DNA from: Balanoglossus misakiensis | Taxonomy: Eukaryota > Animalia > Hemichordata | Reading direction: 5' to 3' | DNA: 64,000 nucleotides | NCBI GenBank assembly: GCA_040954595.2 | Contig: CM082593.2 | Span: 464,659 to 528,658 of the forward strand | Position numbers and translations under genes: made by a program | The notes under the pieces: generated by a model | What the model saw: the letters and a program-made list of their open reading frames with translations, nothing else | What the model was told of the DNA's origin: nothing | Databases searched by the model: none | Part shown: piece after piece, positions 12,979 to 27,600 of the stretch | Layout of the letters: each line of letters starts with the position of its first letter | Position numbering within the stretch: the stretch's first letter is position 1

Positions 12979-15900
12979 TATATAGGTTTGCATCAATTAC
13001 AATGCAATAAACATTCAAACAAGACCGGCACAAAGCTCTGTCGACATCTGCGAATGATGGCAGATCAATTCAATTTGACGTAACAGATATGCCCGCCATC
13101 TAAAATGGCGGGATAATTTCTGACAGCTCAAAGTTAAATAACAAATGACAACATCGATCGGTGATGACAATAGTGCAAATGAAGGTGGTAATCTAATAAG
13201 GGACGTGGTGCAATGCTTCAAAACGCACTGGCTCTAATTGTTCATCAGCTCTGTTATCTCCTTTCAATCAACTAATATCAATTTGAAAAGGTTTTGACCT
13301 TTGCTAAGCATTAATTCAGTTTCTTAGTCCTATTTCCCTGTGGTTCCTGTGTCATATCACACAAGACTCACTGTGAAGTTTTGGATAATTAAGTAGAATA
13401 TTGCATCGTGAGCAGATGGAACAGTTTGCATGAACCCCATGAGCTGTAAACAAGATACCCTTGTTGTATATACCAAAGCATTGGTTTAGTAACTATCTAT
13501 TGTATCCAGTGCAGCTACACTTTTGTAACTATTTTAATTTTGAAAATAGGCTCATAATCGAGTTTGTCATTACTTCAAACATGTCATTATATTGTTTCCA
13601 TAGCAACAGTGCCCGCTTGTCTCTATCCGGTTTTCATGGTGAGAGTAATAATTATGACAAATACAGCGTGAATGCAAGAAGAAATGCACCCACATGAAAC
13701 GAGAATTACACAAAGTGTTTGATGCAAACATTGCTAGTTGAGTGCATGTGTTTCCATGGCAACTTGGGGCCTTGTTGAGCAAGTTTGGAGGGACATATTT
13801 GCTCTGCTTTGATGTACATGTCAAGCCATCTTTGATTGGATGTTCTACATGTTTCATGTGAATATGCAAATAACGCTAGGCGTGTCTTATGGACGTGCAA
13901 AGTATTATGCAAAAATCATACTCATAAAACGGAGAAAGGTATTATTATACCATATGTCGGTCTCTATTTATCTAATAAATGTATTCACTCTTCACAATCA
14001 TGGAAGGCATAGGAGTGAGATTTGTCGGTAAATCAAAAGAATTTCCTACATCATAAATTTATGTTCCATTACCCGATATCAAACGACAACCAATTACTCT
14101 CGACGAGAGGTTCAATCAATTTTTTATTGCTTCATACTATTCTCGAATCACATGTAACGTGTCTAACACATTCCCTGGTCTCTCAAAAGCATAATGATGA
14201 AAAAATATCAATATTAAAAGTTCGGGTTATTCTTAGTGTGACGATTATTGATTTCTTGTAGTGAGATTCGATATCCTCGCCGGTTGTTCCAAACTTATTT
14301 ACATTACATACAGGATGTGTCTCAGTGTAGTTAGTGGACTCGCCCAGGCATGGAAAAAGTTTACGAAACTTATGTTATTATCCGGGGATAATTAATCCGC
14401 TTCATTAGCGACAGGAAGTTGACAATTACAACGATGCTGATAGAAAGTTAATTAGAGTTGGAGTATTTAGGGTAAACGGAAGTAAACAACCATGCTTTTA
14501 CTAGTAAGCGATAACACTTTAGTATCTCTTTTAACCAGAATGATATGTAAATTGCAGGTACTCTCTGACCATTAATACACATATATCTATTACAGGTAAC
14601 TTTTAAGGTCCAAGATGTGATCGTTTGACTTTATGTTGGCTAATGTTTGTTTCATGATAGAGGGTATTTTGACTGCATTATGCTGAATTGGTTGTTTTAG
14701 CTCTCTGCTCATGCCTGCTTCTAGACTCAGAAGGATATTTTATCACCGACACAGTCATTTTATGATACAAGCTAAGATATTGATGGAATTAATGAATTTG
14801 AATTGTTGCATTAGTAGTGTAAAGTGCCAAGAATAGGAAAAAATTTCACCGTGGTTACTTCATTACGTAATATTCAGGTATCTATGTTGGTCTATCATCA
14901 GATTATTATTTTGAACTACCAATTTCCTTTTCAATCTCCATAACTTTACAGAGGTCAAATGAGCTGACGATCAGGGTATGTAGCTCACCACAGACATCCA
15001 ATTTCAATCTTTCGTATATAATTTAGAGTCTATTACCAATTCCCTTTCTCCTTATTTGTATTCAACACTTAACTCCAGCGACACACGCATTGGTTTTCGC
15101 CTGAATAGTTTCTCAGCACTGGCTATTAAGGGTGAGTCATTTCTCTGTGTCGATCAATAGGGACTGAAATTCACATAGCAAACTATCCCCTAGCTGAATC
15201 TCTGATTGACGTCGATGTCAGTCTTTGGAACACACATCGGACCGACAGCTTTGGGTTACACTTTACCGAAGAGCCATCTACACGCAAAGAGTTAATCGCT
15301 ACATTTCCAGGGACTGCACAAATCAAAACAAGCTTAACGTTTCTTCATGACAAGCGTATTAAGTATTGTATTGCCATGGTAACAACTGCTTTGCTGAAAT
15401 TACTTTGGTTCTGTCAACCACACCTACTACATGCTTGATTTGAACTCGTTTTCCGGCTATGCACTTTCTGTAAGCACGTTGAAAGCATTTACCCGTGGGT
15501 GTATAGACTTGGACGTTGAGCGGTTTGGTCAAAAATTTGGTCATGCATGCCGCAACATCCTCCAAATGAAATGGTGTTGTACCTGTAAATAGCAGCTGCG
15601 CGCAATCCACAAAAACCTTCTTCAATTACAATTTCCTTTCATAAAATCAAATCTGCATGATTATATGCCATAAATATTAAGTTATCTGTGACCACAATAG
15701 GAGCTGAAATCGCACATCTGATAAAGATGGGGAAGGTTTTTTTTTTATATCCACATTCAATCCCATTGACTGGTGAGGAGGCTGCGAATTCGCACTTGTC
15801 CCCCCTTTCAGTAAAGTGGACTTGTTTAAAGTTTACATGCCTATGATCGGCTAAACTGAGATGTACAATCTTCATGATGTGCTCAACGACACACTATCGA

Positions 15901-18900
15901 AGGAGAAACTCTGCCACAATTCGTGAGCCTTCCTTTTCAGTCGCGATGATGTTACAGTCGATGAAATATTCAAATTAAATAAAGAATTGGCCTGTAGGTT
16001 CGTCTTCTAAAGCGGATATGAGTTTCTTTAATGAACTGAACGCATACATGAAGAGTGTGTAGTGAAAAAGAGAATATTATAGGACAGTGTTTTCCCCTGT
16101 GCATTCTATAAATTGGCCGACATGGAATTCAATTAGTGTGTGTCTGTATGTATAAGTTTAGAAAGTCTCCTTTACTGACGTGTGCATATCAATTTTGTTT
16201 GGCTGTGAGTAAAATTACGTGGACTGACAAAGATGTAAATTTTACCGTTAATGTAATTTATTTACAACAAGGTGATAGGTCTGGTCAGTTTCTTTGACGC
16301 TAGGCACAACATGCGAAGTGTGATTAATAGAGTTATTTTATGACCCTTTTAGGGTAACTGAAGTGATGGGTGTAGGAAATGATTATCAATATACGAGTAA
16401 AAAGTTGGTGGTGGTGGTGCTGGTGATGATGATATTATGAAACATTTGATATCGTCAAGTTTTCTTCCTCCATTTTGTGATTTAAAATATTTTCAATCTG
16501 GATAGCGGAATGGCACAGTTAAGGGGTTTTCGAATCATATTCTATGAAAGCCAACTTCTTTTCTCTTATTTGCCCGGGAGTAAACGTTCCAAACCTATGT
16601 TAAATCAGAATGATAATACATTAAATATTCATAACTCATGTTTCTCAATTTTTCAGATTTCGACCTATGAACCGAATAAAAAATATATTTCCTGATCGTA
16701 AACGCTTGTTACAGCAGTAATATGCATGAGATAACGATGCCATAAAACATAACTGCTTGTTAAATTTATGAATTCGATAATGTGGGGATTGGTAGTTATG
16801 GCAGCAAATGTGTTCTGAGCCAGGAACAAAATGAACATTGTTAAAGGAAGTGACTCAAAATGTCCACAACATATTGTCTCTGGCGTCATAGTCGGTAATT
16901 TGATCATGACCATGTCACTAACTTACTTTACCTATAGTATGATGACAACCACGATATCATATGCATCCCGAGAGAGAAGATAGATGTCGGATCTGTTTTC
17001 TTACGAATTCCCACTTCGGGGTTCGTCTTGTGTTACATGTCAGGTTGGACGGCTGGTAATGTGTTTCATATTGAATATTTAATCACAGAATGGTGAGGAC
17101 TTGTGCAGGTTGTACGGCTAACTTGCATGAATTGTTCTTTGTAATGTCTAATGTCCGTAATAGATTACTAGTACTTTATTACATGATGACAAATCTGTCT
17201 TTACTTTACAGTCATTGATTGGGTGACATTTCCAAATCAACCTACCCTCTCTCTAATTGCTCTATCGGAATCTCTTCCTCCGGAAGAGAAATTTTCAGAT
17301 AAATGGAAATTCCTGCTTCCCTACAAGCGACAGAGAAATGAAAAGAGCAAAGATTCAGAGTAATATGAAATTTCTAGGTTTTCTTTCGGCAGAGATTAAG
17401 ACATGACGCAGGTTTTAACATTTCCCGCCAATATCACCTGGTGGACTGGCGGCAGAATGAGCAAAGACTGTCGTATGCACGATTTCTTATGCGGAAAATC
17501 ATGATATGTCAACCACATCATGAAGTGTCTCTCAGTTATATCCATATACCCAAGTAATACATGTAAAAGTTTCATAAATATTTAATTCACATTTTCCCCG
17601 GCAGGAAATTTAAATAACTGAAGCGTGAAAACTAACACACGATCCAGAGAATTTCTGATTTTGATTACGTCACAAGCCGGATACCAAGTTCTTATCTTAC
17701 AGGACTTGCCAAACAGTAAAGGTGTTGGAATCGATTTTTCATCCAAATGTCAATTTACTTGGTTCGTATCTTTAAAATACGTGTTCGGGTTGATAATAGG
17801 TTTGTTTAGAAATGTCGTAAGCAAAGAAAACAGAGTAGAAAATCAATGTTTTCTTGGGACCACGAGTATGTCTCCGCGTTGGCGGCAGTGGGCGATCGAC
17901 GAATGTCTTTGTACCTCTGCAGAAAGCATTTCAGCGTTTGTTTATTTTTGTTCCTCCGGAGATGTTAGCTGAAGACAGTTTAATCAAAATCACGTTTCTA
18001 ACAGAAATAAGCTTAATTACTCTAACAGAGGTGCAGCCAATGCATGGATGCTCTCATTACACATGCATTCATGGGTCATGTGTCAGTGTAATATTCACAT
18101 GTCAATCACTACGAGTCAAACAGCTGCGTAGTTTGATTTGATGAAGAGAAATAAATCTGTCAGTGAAAAATAAATCCAGTTTCTCAGTCTTGTGTGACGT
18201 TATATCACAGTCATTAAATCCCACTTTCTGTGACGTCACTGGAAATCGTGCGTCGTTTACAGGGGAGTTTCGTACGTCACATCACTCCGTGAGAGTAGAG
18301 GGTTTACACAAGATATAAGAGAGGGATTAAACTAAGATGGAAAGGGTCGGACACTTGAGCAGGGAAGTGTTTTTCCAGTTCAAGAGGATCAAAATTGACT
18401 TTTTGTTATGGGAATGCTGCGCTTGCGCAGATCTGCTGATGATCCAGACTATATGCGATCGCGTGGGTCAGCGGTAACACCTGCTGTTGATCGATATTTC
18501 ACGACAGAACATTTTTCCCACAGGAGGTATGGCATAGGTCTGAATTACGTGAGTGTAGATACTGCATCGACAATCTGTGAAACCGCTTTGAACACCGTAA
18601 TTGGACATCTGCGAATTACGACAGGATCGATAAGTTTGGCTGAAGTTCGATGATAACTATCTTGAGGAAGGACGTGTCAAGATAAATTACTTTGATTCAA
18701 CCTAGACATTCTCTGGGCTGTTTTTCAAATACTTAACAAAATTATGCTCATGAAAGTCTTACAAGACTTTTCTATGTTCTAATTCCAAATGCTGCTGCCC
18801 ATCAACGATTTGAATCTCGACTTTATGTCGGTAGACATCACCCATTTCCATTGATTGTCCTTCTCAGCATATGTTACTATTTAGTTGCTAGATGTAGAAG

Positions 18901-21900
18901 TCACATTCGCCCCAAAGGAACTCCAGAAATACCTGATAAGTAATCTGCATTGATTTAATCGACGTTTCAAATCGATCAGAAATTTTAAATTGCCAATATA
19001 CTATGGTCATTTGTGTTATATTAGCATTAACTGAGCTTGAAAATGATATCCATCTATTTGTAGATTTCAGTTTGGCGTTTAATTCGACAAGGGTAGTTAC
19101 ACTTTATTCTATGATACCCTTATTTTGTACTTTCAAGTTGATAGAATATGCAAAAAGGAAGCTTTTGATTTCGTTCTTGACGACCGGTCATAATTGCGAC
19201 TTTCACCCTAGAGTCGCAGTTGTCTCAATTAATCCGGAATTTTTTAAGGATTGATTTTTCAGGTCAAATAAACATGCAAGCACCTAGGAAACAAATTAGA
19301 TCAAATCAGTCATGTTGTGGAAATCAAATAAGCACAGTCAGTGACACTAAGTAGAATTGATTAAATTGTGTATTCAGATGAGAAATGGATAATGTCTTAT
19401 CTTTGAGACTTTTCTGCAGTCACTCGGATGCAATCAATGCGCTTGTCGATGGGCAATCTTCCTTCATGTCAGATTACAAACCTTTCAGCTTAGTAGTTCC
19501 AGAACTTACTTTTACTCGTAACCTTTAATTATGGGATTTTGGCCACTATAAGTAACATGCACCGATGTCATCTGAATAAATACACAAAAACAAGAAGTGT
19601 TTGGTAGCATATCAATGTTTATTGGAACAAGGATCTGCAATTTGGGAGATGGGTGTATCAACCTATTAAACCCAGCAGTACGACTTGAACAATGAAGTGG
19701 TGGGTGGTGTGATCACTATTGCCTACTTGGTGATCACGTGTTTCTCCTCCGGTCGTATTCTATATAGAGGGCGTTGTCTAGGGAACTAATTCGCATCTGT
19801 GTCTTCGGAGCAAAAAGGGCCATGGTTGGATGATAATGAGAAACGTGGAAAACATGGTTGTTGTGTTAAATATTTAAATGACAGTAATATGTAGCCTGGG
19901 GATGATAATACTGGTTTTACGATGTAGAAAATTACTGTCAGAAATTGCTGCAAGGGTCATGTTGTCCGAGGTTTTAAAGAAAGTGGTTTGAATATTGATA
20001 ACTGAAAATTAAAAATATATTCAAGTTAACTATAATTTCAGACAAAATACCTGCAAATATTTATAATATGTGATAAAATGATAGAGAATGTTTCATAAAA
20101 TGTAAGCCTATATCGCCGCGAGGTAGCGGCATGCAACCGACCAACACGACATGACGATGTCGCGACAGCGATCTCACTCTTGGCGCCTTTTGCGCATGAC
20201 TGAAACTTCCGAGACAAAAATTGAAGAAAATGTGGACATTCGGAAAGCGGATATCGAAAACCAAAATGAGGTCACTGGAGGTCGTTTTTAAAGTGATTCA
20301 ATTGTATTATGAGAACATTCCCATAATCAGTGAAAGATTGAATGCAATTCCAAAATGTCTAAGATGATCTCCGCGACCTTACTGATCGAAAAAGCGCTCT
20401 GTTTAAAAGTCAAACATGATTCTTCGATGGAAACTAAATTCTGCTTCAAATCGACGAATTAGGCTTACTCAAGTTAACCGGAATCTTGGCGCCAGAACAT
20501 ACAAGCAGTCTCAGATTGAATAAAATAAGGGTATTTTGTGAAAAACGGGAAAAAACACAAAAAAACAAGCCAGAACAGACCAACATTTCTTTGTATTCAG
20601 GAAAGTGCTTTTTTTCACTAAATGTTACTTATATACATATTTTCTAATTTGATGACAATCATGCTAATATCTCTGTATGTTTTCAGGTTTACATTTATTT
20701 TAATTAAGAAACTATAATATCTATCCTATGAACAGAAGCACCAAAATACGTTTGGCATGCTGGGATGGGATGAAAAGTAGTGCCATATCAACTCAAACAT
20801 TCCATTTTCTATTCTGCATGCGTCATACTGTCTATTGAAAATTGAAATTTCTTTTAACGTTGCTCATTCCTCTAACTCAATTGAACATATTGTCAGCTTT
20901 AGTTGTGTCATTCTTGTTCTTGTCTGATCAGAACTGATTATTGTGAGGATTTTGTTGAATACATGGATCTGGGATTCAACCTCCGACTATGCATTATATG
21001 CACCGGATTAGTATCGCTAAATCCCTGCTAAACCTCAAAAATCACAGAGTGACTGTCAAACTACATTATGGAACAAGCGATCAAATTTCATATGACCGGG
21101 ACACATGTCTGTTTCCCCAGAAACAGAACGAGTACATGGCTGTCTCAAGGGTACTTGTCAGACATAAGACACCAGGAAATTAGAAAGTCTGCAGGCAAGA
21201 CAAAATTACACACAGAATATTTCATTAGAGAGTGTGTTGTTCTGATCCCCTTTGATCCTCAAGAGACGAAATGGTGTGCCCACACAACAATGTATTCAGA
21301 CTTCGGGAGAGTAGGCCCAGCTTCGGTCTGAGATTGTTTGCTTGATGTCCATCAAATATGCATGGCACAAATGTCATTATGTTTCAGAAACACTGGGTTC
21401 AAAAACAACACCTGGACATTATATTACCTCTCAGACTGTTTCCGGTCCCTTTCTCGGCGAAATGCAGTCAAGGCCACTTTTACTCTGTGGGTTTCATATC
21501 TTAAAGGGGCATCTCGTCACTATACCTTGCTATCAATGATTTATTACGGAAGCCATACACACAACACACGGACACGGTGTATATTACACATTAAAACAAT
21601 ACAATCACTGTGACTTGTCTGAAGCTATTAGGGTTTTCGTCGAAATTTGGTAGAACTGACAGACTAAGATCGTCTGAGAAGGATATTGGTTGTCATTTGA
21701 GGAGACTCTAGTATAGGGCATTTGTTAGTCTAATGGAATAGGCAGGGATGGTTATGGCAGGTGGGCGCCTTTATAACATTTAACTGTAGTCGATGTTCCC
21801 CCTAGCATTGTGTCTCAAACAGTCTTGATTGATTAAAATCTGTAGACCGAGCACACAAGCAAGTCACAACAAACTTGCATAGTGACTATGAAGCAGCTGA

Positions 21901-24409
21901 TAACCACAGACAACCAGAGACAGTAGAACTAATAAAAACATAATATATGTATGCCACGTGAAAACACCTAGGGCAATTAGCCACAACTATATACTACTAC
22001 TGGTATGTCAATTACTAGTACACAAGAAACTGCAAAATCGTGCAGCCAAGAAGTAGCAAATACGGCTGAACAGAGGTTGTTTGAATCATACTGGTGTAAG
22101 TGGAAGAACAGGTACATGCCGTTGTTAACTAAAAGTGGAAACATTATACAATATCAAGTTGCATTTACCATCAATTTGATAGATGGGTTGACGGATAAAG
22201 TGTAGGTGTTTGATTGAGCATAACGACACAACGGGCATAAGTGCTCATGTAATTGCACTATAGCAGTGGTGGTCTTTCACATGGTATGACAACTAAAAAT
22301 TCGTCAGATTGTTACCAAATGCTGAGACAAATTTCATTGGAAAGAATATGGTGACAGGATCATGCATGAGTAGCTGACTTCAAGGATTAATGCGAGGCAA
22401 GCATTCAATGGATCTTTGGTACTTTTGTGAATTACTTCATATCGAAGTAGGTTCCCTCTGTGTTAATTTGGTCCGAGAGTAAATTAGTTGCCAAGAGTGA
22501 TGGATCATCGTCATGCCACCTATATGGATAAGTCAGCATCATTTTGCATGTCACCGTTTTGTGCTGTGTAGGTGGCCTGTCGATACCTCGAACTATGTCT
22601 ACAATTATGGAACAAAATGGCACGGAAATTGTCCATAATTGGAACCGAAGATTGATTACAAATTGCACGGCGATTGCATGAAAATTGGGCATCATTGAAA
22701 CTTTACACGCTAGACCTTTGTAATACATGTAAGTCACGCACATTTGGGGATAATATGAAAACATGACTCACTCTGACAGAAACTCTAATTATGCACCAGT
22801 CCTATACAATAAATCAGCACACGAAAAAGTTTAACTGACAAAAGTCAATTTTTATTAATCTCACTTTCCTTCTGATCTATTAATTTACATATACATATAT
22901 AGTCACGTGGTAATACATGGGAATATTAAATACTGTGTTATGACAGACGTCGGCAAAAAGACAGACAGCAAGAGTGACAAATATCTTGTATTTTATGATG
23001 ATGTTATCCTGTTGTCTTCCTGATTTTACTTGAGTACAATTGTTCTAGGGAATAAATATATGATATAAACATTTGTTTTCAACTTCCAAGCTAAGTTTAC
23101 GACCTGAGAATAATTATTAAATTTCTTGTTACCACAGTAAAGGAAAATAAATTTAGTTCAAATGAATTCATGCCACTGTATGCGGAGAGAATAATTTTAT
23201 TGACAACATAGTGTTATACCGGTATATTCTCATAGTAACATACATGTGAACCTTTTTACATGTGACAAAAAGAACAGAATGACCCCAATCATCATCGGAT
23301 TCAAAACAAATTACCCCTCCCTACTTAGAAAGTCAGAACTAAAGCTACCCTCATCAATCAGCCCTAACGATAACCCCGGCACCGTAGAAAGCTACCGGTC
23401 TTTTCAGTAACCTTTCCAAATGACCTTGCATGACTAAGGTGGGATTGTGCATATGACGGAGTGTGTTTGTATAGACAAGATGCATTACAAACTCTTGGTG
23501 AACTTACATTTAAAATATATCTTAAAAACAAGTTGAAAAGATACAGCCACTGAGGTTTCAATTCTTGTATCGATAATTTACATAAAATAGATACATATGA
23601 TGTCACAACATGACTTGAACATTTGTTACATAACATAACTTTGTTCACTGTAGAGACAATTTACACAGATGAAAGTTAAAGAAAATCGACGACATAGCAT
23701 GCGCAATTGATGAATATTACATATAGTAGAATATAGAATAGAATCTGCTGTTCTATTGTCTCAAGTTTAAATATTTGGAATAAAATGGATAAGGTTATGT
23801 ACAATACAAACATCACAACACTCCACGCGTCACACACATCTGTCGGAGCGTTAAGGATATTTCACACTGAAACATCAGAACTCGTATAGGTTTAGAATTC
23901 GACGACATGAAAGTGATGATGAAAGAGAGAATTTCTCATTAAGATAAGAAGAGAGTGAATGATTTCATTATTTATTTATTTTGGGGTGTCAGTGCAAGAT
24001 TGTTTAGACACTGTGTGTGAAATACTGAGCGTGATGGCACATCGCCCTCATGCAACCTCGAAGATTTTTGCTTTTGTACATAGCCCTCGATGAAAGAGGG
24101 CGCATTTTAAGATTTCCAGAAGACAGTCCCTTCTTGCTTTTGGGCCTCTATAGTTTTCTTCCATCATATCGGTTTCGAAATGATAAAATTGAAACGAGAT
24201 GTATGGTATTTTCGAACTTGACCTGTTTTCATCACTGTAACCTACAATCTGTGGGGAATTCAGACATTCACAAGCATTAAAATATCACCTCAGAAAAAGT
24301 TCATTTGGATCTCGGTGAAAGTTTATCAAACAGCAACTGCAGAATGTCTCTTGCTAACCGCCCTCCGCGGTGGATCTGTAGTAACTGTGTTTTTCACGCT
24401 GCTTTCGTT

Positions 24410-24601
24410 TCAATGGCACGCACAAGTTTCAACAGCCATGTTCGGGTAAACCTTCAACACCACGTTTCTAGCGGCATCAAAGTACAGGATGCTGAGGGGT
24501 GATAGTTTGTCAGGAACGCAACACGGGGGTGGCACTCCCTTGACAGCTTCTAATGCGTGCACTATGCTCTGCACGGCAGCATGGTTCGATGGGTTAAGCT
24601 C
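24410..24601 (-). CDS. BMP3: BMP3-like exon 3 (C-terminal 63 aa of mature ligand)
   Basis: Acceptor taacag|GAG; translates [63 protein letters not shown]-stop. Absent from the ORF track. Confidence 0.95.
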   Translation of the reverse strand, partial: ELNPSNHAAVQSIVHALEAVKGVPPPCCVPDKLSPLSILYFDAARNVVLKVYPNMAVETCACH

Positions 24602-27600
24602 CTGTTAACACAAGAGGAGAAACTGTTAAAAACTTTCATGAGTTGAATTCACTAAATTTTATCGTTATTTAATCAAACCAGAGCACATACTTCTGTGTGA
24701 GTTGGTGCCATACAATCATAGAACCTCTTCAGGGAAAAAATCATTCCTGATTTAAACTTTTATGAGAACTTATTCTTAATTGTGTGAATGCTTCAATAAA
24801 ATAGTGTATCAGCCGGATAATATAACATTTGTAAAATATGTACGACTGAAATATCTTACGTATCTCATCAAGAACATATTTCAATCATAAATTAACACAA
24901 ACTCATTACATGCACATACCTTGGTCATTGGAAACGGACAGGCACCAGCGCAAAAGTATGCGTCGAATGACTTTGGTGAAATGACGTAATTATTCCAACC
25001 AATCATGCCGAAGTCCACTTTCATAAATCTTCTGGAACAAAGATCCCATTGACTCTCACCATAATCATCATCACGATCACCAGATTTCTTTCTACTTTTC
25101 TTCCGCTGTTTCTCCAGGAGGGTTTTCGTGTGCTTGCGCTTGGACTTGATCTTGCGCGCGCGCGTGCGTTTCTTGGTCTTGCGTTTTCGGTTCCTTTCGG
25201 AGAACTTCGGAAAGGTCTCATGCACGGTGTAGTATGTTTCCTCATCCATGATTTCGGGATATTCGTTGGTTTGTAGTGGAACGTTGTGGACACTTCTTCT
25301 TTGTCTCCCACTGTAGGTCATGTTGCCATGGAGATACATGTCGTCTGGTTCAAGCCCAGAGCTGTCGGCATCGTTCTCAGTCTCGCTTTGTGCTTGCTCA
25401 GACTTGTCTTCTTTGAGGTTGTAATCTTTGGTGAAAACCATCACAAAAGGAGTGGAATGTCTAATAACGTTCTCTTCAATGTATCTTAGGGATGTCTGCG
25501 CCGAAAACTTTGAGACCACACCTTTCTCAAGTCTAAACCGGAGAGCAAAAGAAGTTGCTAAGCGATGTCGTCTTGTCATATTCAAGCGACTTGTCAGATC
25601 CGCCACTTGCCATCCATCACTCGCTGCAGGAACATTCAACGAACGAATCAGTTGACATCGTGACGGATAGATTTCCAAAATGTCTAGCTTTATTTTTGCC
25701 TCGTCGTCCTTGCCCAGGTCAGTCTTAAACTTGAAGAAATGAAACTGCAAGGAGACGACGCCCTCTTCTGGCGGAAGTGATGTCAAGTCGAACCTAAACA
25801 AGTTGTCCATTTCACAGATGGGACCTACAGCATAGAAATGCAAACAAAGACAATATCAATTTTCAAATGCGATAAAATCAGACAGAACTATTCCAAACAA
25901 GTAACTGACACGACGAACATCTTTCCTAGTTCAGGACAAAAAGGAAAACTGTACACAAGGATGAGTTGTTTGTCTTCATTACACTTCATTGCTTGCAAGC
26001 GCCGATAAAAGGTCAAGGTTAGCATAAATTGCAGCTTTAACTTTGCGAGGATGTGGCAAGCCAGAGCACCACGCAAACACAAGATTAATGGTAACGCCTC
26101 TGGTAGTTGCTGGTAAAGAGGCCAGTAGTTTACGACAATGCTGACGGCATACCGTATTACGTGAACGTCTATCACAATTACGTCACTTCAAAATGCCATC
26201 AAGCCAGGACTGATTGCGCTCCGACTCGTGTTACTGATTGGTCAGCAAACTGACTGAAACATGTAAGGTGTTTGTATGTCATCACGCCTGTTAACTGTGT
26301 CCCCTGGCACTGACTCTACGGAACCAGAGTAAGATATCATCTGAGATGTTATTCAGTAATCCTTGTTTAGGCTGAAGGAAGTTACAGTCCTTTATTCGGT
26401 TGTGGGAGTTCTTCAAATCAGAACTGTGGTTTCCGGCGGCGGTTTTGGTGTAGTTCTGTGATAATATCTTCAGAGTGACAGGAAATGGAACAGTGGCCCT
26501 TCTTCGTCTGGAGTCAAGATTTGGAGTCAAGATTTACAGATGAATTGGACAAGTGTAGCCTTTCTGTACAGAGGGGACCATATGACAAACGTCACATTTT
26601 ATCATCGATAAAAATTATAAAGTGCATTAAAATACCATAAAGGTCAAAGCATTTGTTGCCACAAAGGAGAAAGGTTAATCCGTCGTCAGCTGATACGCGT
26701 CTCTGATGCTGAAAGATCGTCTATTATGCGCGCGCATCCAAACTCTCTGGAGCTGTTGTCCTGTTTGACTTGAAGCAATGCTTATATTTTGTCAGTGGGT
26801 ACATTCAAACAGCAGCTGTTGCAGAAATTGTACGAAGCAATCATAAACATGCGCTGGCAGAAATATTTAGGTCATGAACTCCTTAAAATTGTTTTACCCA
26901 AGTTCATCGGACCCGTGGCAAGAATGCGCTCTGGTCTCCAACTCATATTTGCCATGTGCGTTTTCAAAACGTTTTTTTATAAGGAGATACTTATATTAAT
27001 TCTGCGTTTGGTGGTAGTTCTTATGACCTCTGAACTCTATGAACTCTGCAACCAACATCTAAACTAAAAAAACTTGGTTTGACTGACGCGTATACCAGTT
27101 ACCAACCACACTCTTACTTTAACCTACTTTTCAGTATTCCAGTACATCAATTTTCCTTCAACTGTAATTCACTTAGTACAAATCCGCACACAGGTCATGC
27201 TCCAAAAAACGCAAAAATCCACTCAGACTTACAATTTAAGTATGTTGGGAAGCCCATTACAGACCAACCATAGTGTCGGTTTTCGATACTTGAAAGCAGA
27301 CGAAGTAGCGAATAATGGGCTCTTTGCCAAAACCCATACGAACACTTTTCTCGTATTACCAAAGAGGCATGTGTACCTTGGTGGTGTTTTCTTGACCATG
27401 CGGCGCGATCGCCTCTTTTCGCTTAGCGTAATTACCCTTTGCATCAACCAAAACATGTTACACGCTCGATCAAATGTTCACGCGGTAGCTAAGCTTTTAT
27501 ACCCCTGGGGTTTCTCCTTTTTTCTGTCACTGTTTAAAACACGAAATCGAAATCTCGGCGTGACGCACATGGCTTTGCGTTCTTTGTCAGATGTGTACTG

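Noticed and set aside
25021-25655. Overlapping alternative-frame and antisense ORFs
   Set aside because: Shadows of BMP3 exon 2.
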